DNA of 57,462 nucleotides, the filler included, from Sphacelaria rigidula (Eukaryota), in the NCBI GenBank assembly GCA_964200075.2. It is 7 parts of 7 records of this genome, joined end to end, with 100 filler letters (N's around TTAATTAATTAA, not from the genome) between each part and the next. Parts side by side here need not be neighbours in the genome. Positions count along the whole stretch, not along the records: positions 49,341 to 57,462 come from CAXNAA020012218.1; 6 more parts are not named here. The stretch is one strand, 5' to 3'. The notes under the pieces are model-generated. The model searched no databases and was not told the DNA's origin. It was given only the letters and a program-made list of their open reading frames with translations. The first letter of the stretch is position 1. Every line of letters starts with the position of its first letter. This document shows, piece by piece, positions 52,473 through 57,462 of the stretch. Made by a program: the position numbers and the translations under genes.

Positions 52473-52603
52473 TGTGACGGTTTAAGAGACAACCAACTAG
52501 ACTACTGACAAGTCAGCGCTGACTTGTCAGTAGTCTAGTTGGTTGTCTCTTAAACCGTCACAAAAGTTAGTCGCTGGTTCGATTCCCGTCCTAAACCGTC
52601 ACA
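52473..52603. mobile_element. 131-bp TGT...ACA element made of a perfect 90-bp palindrome (P3, 52473-52562) plus a B-box tail
   Basis: Distal TIR TAAACCGTCACA; GATC on both flanks; A box TAGTCTAGTTGG and B box GGTTCGATTCCC. Confidence 0.75.
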
Positions 52604-52709
52604 GATCTCGTTTATCGGAAGCCCGAACGACATGCAAATTTAAAGCTGTGCATCACATATCATTGCAACGACAAAGGCTCCGCCAGGGTGTACTTGGTAG
52701 TTCGGAACC

Positions 52710-52966
52710 GAGCAATGCTACGGTAGGGGTGCACTTTTTTCGCGAAATTTTGTCTGGCTCAGGGGCTCCTAACGATTCTGGACGCACAAGAACATGGGTC
52801 AGAGCATCCCCGTTCGCAGATTCATTCGGGATATCCCCAACATATTGGAATAGTAATCCTGGTGTACTCTAGCATGTTTTTATAAGTCGTGTTTTGGATG
52901 AGATAAAGGGCTCCTAATAATTCCAACCTCAGAAAATATTTGTGTACCCCTACCGCAGCATCACTC
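52710..52966 (+). mobile_element. 257-bp Sola-like MITE
   Basis: GAG...CTC TIRs as in 655-766; 4-bp TSD AACC. Confidence 0.85.
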
Positions 52967-54095
52967 AACCGGGTGAGTGGAAAGAGTACCATGGCTAGTA
53001 CGAGGGTTCGACGCATGGTGAGAGCTGTGTAGCTGGAGTGCGGTTTGTGTCATTCATAATGAAGACAACGATAAACGTCGCTGGCCCATTACCACAGCTG
53101 TGTCCGGCAAGTTCCAGTAGACACAATGGAGTAGACACGATGACCCAATCAGTGCATGCTTGTATGCGTTTCAGCGATTTTGCGGAAATATCCAAGCTGA
53201 CGAAGTCAGGATATGCATGCAGTAGTTCACAATTGATTACTTTGTCGATTTCTCACCCTGCGTGCTGCCTCACAACTGCTGCAATGATACCCGGTCTTTC
53301 TGGACCTGCTTATTCATCATTCTGTTCGCAGAAGCTCAGGTTGAAGCAGTGCCCGCACGTCGTCGCTGCACCTTACCTACAACGAAGACAACCCCTCACC
53401 CCACTCTAGCCCTTACTTTGGTTAAGTACGAGAGTGGTGAAACAAGCCAAGGGTCATATCACAATATTGTCAGGACCCCCCCCCTCCCTCTCCGCCCATC
53501 TATCTCCCTCGTAGCGGTGGGCGTCAGATGGCAACGACGCTGTAAAACATGCTACTACGTGAGCTAGGCAACCAGGTTACCGTTTTCTTTGCCCACTCGC
53601 GTCTTATTGCGGGAGTCACGACGGTGGTCGAGTTGGGCCACATTGTGCGAGGTGGGAAAACCTCAACTCAGCGCAAAGGGAATTTTTGTACCACGCAGCG
53701 TTTATATGATGAGACACCCATGAGGCAGTCTAACCCGTGGCTGTCTCTGGGAGTGGCTATACCAGAGAATGAAGCATTTCATTGCTGGCTGTCATCCACA
53801 AGCAAGGTAATTGGTGCGCTCCGGGCTGAAAAATGTCAGCACGATGCAGCTCACTCTTCATTCAACCCGCCGATTACATCACGGCGCTTCATGCTCGACG
53901 ACTGCAAGCCTGGTCCGGCGAAAATTCGGCGTGCTCCGTCCTGGCCTTACAGGGATGCGACATCAAGGGTCTTATAACTACGGCATGCAAGATCATGAGT
54001 ATACCCTCTGGTTCCCCCGTACTCCTGTGCGTGGGGCGTATGTCCTTTGTATTGGCAACACGCACGACATGTTCACCTTGCTTGACAGGGAATAG

Positions 54096-54463
54096 TAGAG
54101 CTCGGAAATGGTACTAGTTATAACTGGCCATTATCATTATAATGCTAATAATTGCAATGATTACATGAAAAATTCGGATAATGGCTTCAAACCATTATTT
54201 ACCGTTACCGGCTTCATAAGCCGTTACCGGCTACGTATGCCAAATCCAGCCTTAAACATTGGCCCAAATTTGATGTATTTCTTAGCTCTAGTGAAGCCAA
54301 ATCGCGTACAAACGGCGCCCCCCCCCCTGCCGGGGGAGGCTTTTTGGCTCGCGGCTGCGGCGCTCGATGACCAAACCATTATATACCATTCAACTGGTTG
54401 ATGAATGCGCTACGCGTGACCATTCAGCTGGTTGTTGGTTGAGCAAACCATTTCCGAGCTCTA
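54096..54463. mobile_element. 368-bp hAT-type MITE
   Basis: Perfect 17-bp TIR TAGAGCTCGGAAATGGT; perfect 8-bp TSD GGGAATAG. Confidence 0.9.
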
Positions 54464-54589
54464 GGGAATAGGTACAGCTGTTGCGCCAACGAACTTCGAT
54501 GTAGACATCTGTGAGCGCGGAAACTCACGGTGGGCACTCAGTCTACCGGGCTCTCGCCGCCATCGTGAATATTGTTGGCGACTACTACA

Positions 54590-54845
54590 GCCGTCGCACC
54601 CCGGTGGTGTAAGTCAAAATGCCCCGTCTGACACCATTAGGGCGGAGAGAACGTTGGTTCAATTCCCGCCAGACGCGTTGGGATTTTTCTTCAAAAGTAT
54701 ATCATCTACACCGGTAAAAGCGCGAGCGCGTGAGTAGACAAAAAATAGTGTTATATTAGTCGGCTGAGTTTGTTTGACGAGAGTTGACACGGTGCGGGAT
54801 TGCTGACCCGATCCGCGAGACGGAAATGCAAGGTGTGCACCGGGA
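54590..54845 (+). mobile_element. Degenerate SINE-like element
   Basis: GCCGTCGCACCCCGGTGG head, B-box-like GGTTCAATTCCC; similar to 45175-45420. Confidence 0.5.
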
Positions 54846-55760
54846 GAGAGAGAGATGGCTTGATCACTTCAGACAACGGACTCGTCCCGTGGGAGGGGAG
54901 GAAGGGTTTCGAGTGTGACAAAACATAAATGTACGACTAATCTCGCTACGCGTAGGTGCGGCAGACATCTTCATGTACGTGGAGAATTGTCCCTTCCCGG
55001 AAACTCAAGTGTTGTTGAACGCCTCAGGTGTTTGTTAGACCGTGGAGCGCGCATCCTTGAGAGGGCTTGGCATTGTCGCCAGAATGGGGAGGGGCGAGGA
55101 ATGTACATGTATGTCACGGACACGTGAGTAAGTATCAACGTTTACTCGGGCAGGTATTTCGTGATTCGGGACTGAAACATCTCACCGTCTCCGTGAAGGG
55201 CAAGTTGGAATGAAATTATCTGATTGGTTCGAAAGGAGAACTTGCGAAAATCTGATAGGCTGGATTTCCTCAGTCCTCGGCCAACGGCATCCATGTCTAT
55301 TTGGAGCGTAAGGGGAGTTTTGGAGATGGATTACACAATGAGTTGGCTTTTGCAATTTGGATAAAAAAAAAAAGTGAGAAATTCCCGAAAATTTGTTACC
55401 GTAGCATTTTCCGTGAAGACCATCCCAGTGCGCGAGTGAGAGCTGTCGGTGCTGGGAGAACAGGACAAAGATACGAGCTGGGCTAGCTGATAGTGATTTG
55501 TGAATGTTTCTGGTCCCGGCTGTGGGTGATCCACGGAGTTGGGTGCTGAAATTTTGACACGGTATTTTTATCATCAATGCGCACATTACACAGGATGCCA
55601 CGAAAAAGAAGAAACAGAGAGTTGGAGCGATTTGCAAGTTTCTGCCAAAAACTGGAATAATGCTGTGACTCCGTGAAAATGAAGAAATACGGCGGCATCC
55701 GTCGTCTTGTTGTGCGTCCTTGTGTGTATGAGAACCTGGTAAAATTTCGGCCAAAAATTC

Positions 55761-56707
55761 CACACGTCATATGAGTCATGCACTAGTCGGAACGAGTGCA
55801 CTCTTGGATGTTTTTTGAAAACATAACGAGCATGACTCGTGTGCTCGAGTCATTCATCTCTTTCACAACGAGCGATGACTCGTATGCTCGAGTAATGATT
55901 TTTTTTCACACTGAGCAATGATCCGTGTGCTCGAGTTATTAGTTTTTTTACGACAGAGCAATAACTCGTGTGCTCGAGTTATTAGTTTTTTTACGACGAG
56001 CAATGACTCGTATGCTCGAGTCATGATTTTTTTTCACAATGAGCAATGACTCGTGTGCTCGAGTCATTAGTTTTTTCACAAGGGGCGATGACTCGTGCGC
56101 TCGAGTCATTAGTTTTTTTACAACGAGCAATGACTCGTGTACTCGACCATCCATTTTTGTCACAACGAGCAATGATTCGTGTGCTCGAGTCATGATTTTT
56201 TTACAACGAGCAATGACTCGAGTGCTCGCCCTATGAATATACAACTCGAGAGATACTCTCCGCCGCTTTAGTAGAACTCTTATCTGTGTGTGGGGGGGAG
56301 GGAGGGGAGGGACGGGGGGGGTACCTGGATAACATGAAAACGAGCTTTGGAGCTCGACGCTTGTACATGTGCAGATATGCACATGAACTCGAAGATTCTA
56401 GGTTCAAGATCGTCGAAGAGCTCATGATAATTTGATGCTCGTCGAATTGCTGACGTCTCCACTCAAGTCGTTTATCACGAGCAATGACTCGTGTGATCCA
56501 GTCTTCACTTCTCCACCACGGGCAATGACTCGACTCCTCGCGCCCTATTATTTTTTTCCACAACGAGCAATGACTCGAGTGCTCGCCCTTTCAATTTTTT
56601 CCACAACGAGCAATGACTCGAATACTCGCCTTACTACTTTCTATGGCCAACGAGCAGCCCAACGAGAGTGAGCGCCACGAGTCATACTCGTGCTCGTCCG
56701 ACGTGTG
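55761..56707. mobile_element. MULE-like non-autonomous element with internal ~42-bp tandem repeats
   Basis: Ends CACACGTC/GACGTGTG; flanks CAAAAATTC/AAAAAATTC (9-bp TSD, 1 mismatch); array of ACGAGCAATGACTCGTGTGCTCGAGTCAT units. Confidence 0.6.
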
Positions 56708-57171
56708 AAAAAATTCCTGAAATTGGGCGCACGCGGGCACTTTTCGCGTGAAACGGCTGGGCCCCATTGGTCAAAACTGGTACAACAGCCTCCAATTACA
56801 TAGGTCACAACAGGGGGGGGCGTAATAACAGATTCTGGACATGTAGGCCCCAAGATTGAAAATTTGAGTTTCTGAGGGTGCGCGGGGGGGGGGGGGGGGG
56901 CACCCAGCCGTCTGTCCCCTAGTTTATCGCCGAAGCGTTTGGCGGATGCGGTCAGCTGCCGGGGACAGAGATGCTCAGCATGGAGACCTGAGGCCATCGG
57001 GACAGAGCGGGCAAGGAGCAGAAGCAAATTTTAGACAAACCCCGCAAAGCTCACTAGACTTTTCGAATTGTGTCAGTGCTTATTGATCAATTTCTTGCAA
57101 CAAAATTAAGGGGGGGGAACAAAATCAGGACGATTTTCGAAAAAGTGCCCTCCGGCATCTGAGGTTATCGG

Positions 57172-57372
57172 TGTAATGCGTGAGAAGACATCGTGCTTAG
57201 AGGACCGCATCAGAATTTGAACATCCCCATGGTCAGGGTTAGGGTTGCGGGGTTAGGGTCAGGGGCGTGGTCCCCGCATGGACTGGACCGATTGGTTTTG
57301 AAAAACGTCGATCGTGAGGTGTTTCGAACTACGACGCGGTCCCTTGAGCACGCGGTCCTCTCACGCATTACA
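57172..57372 (+). mobile_element. 201-bp TGT...ACA MITE with TTAGGG tract, inserted into a 172-bp repeat unit
   Basis: ~35-40 bp TIRs; TSD ATCGG/ATCGC, supported by comparison with the uninterrupted unit at ~56996-57020. Confidence 0.8.
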
Positions 57373-57462
57373 ATCGCGACAAAGCAGGCAAGGAGTGTGT
57401 GTGTGTGTGTGTGTGTGTTGTCGTCCCATTTATTCTGGGCACCAGTCTACACCTTTCGGTGT

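Noticed and set aside
55820-56230. CRISPR-like array
   Set aside because: Units are contiguous tandem repeats with no unique spacers, and no cas genes are present.

Overview
Eukaryotic, repeat-rich and gene-poor DNA, most consistent with a brown alga (Phaeophyceae). The evidence is short GT-AG exons in multi-kb introns, a bipartite plastid-targeting peptide, TAAPT/TPSPT-rich exons and TTAGGG motifs; the taxon is inferred, not proven. The window is not one locus. It is seven contigs of 8124, 8124, 8124, 8123, 8123, 8122 and 8122 bp joined by identical 100-bp N44-TTAATTAATTAA-N44 spacers, i.e. a size-sorted concatenation, so nothing across a spacer is syntenic. Recognisable genes are fragments: a four-exon, phase-consistent IQ-like + p25-alpha/TPPP gene with a decayed LINE in a 5.1-kb intron, exon 1 of GET4, exon 1 of a likely plastid Rieske oxygenase (PAO/Tic55-like), two mucin-like exons, a Tudor-like exon and a possible F-box/FNIP pseudogene. 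The rest is largely transposon debris, some classifiable from termini and target-site duplications (TSDs): Sola-like, Harbinger-like, hAT-like, MULE-like and TGT...ACA MITEs, tRNA-derived SINEs, RTE and other LINE remnants, and a SINE-interrupted Sola-like transposase. The two most unusual signals are (i) three sequence-unrelated, spacerless 78-90 bp palindromes within 3 kb, all TGT...ACA-ended, centred on AGCGCT and carrying tRNA-like Pol III boxes, and (ii) several MITE families carrying telomere-type TTAGGG tracts. No CRISPR array, rRNA or intact tRNA gene was found.
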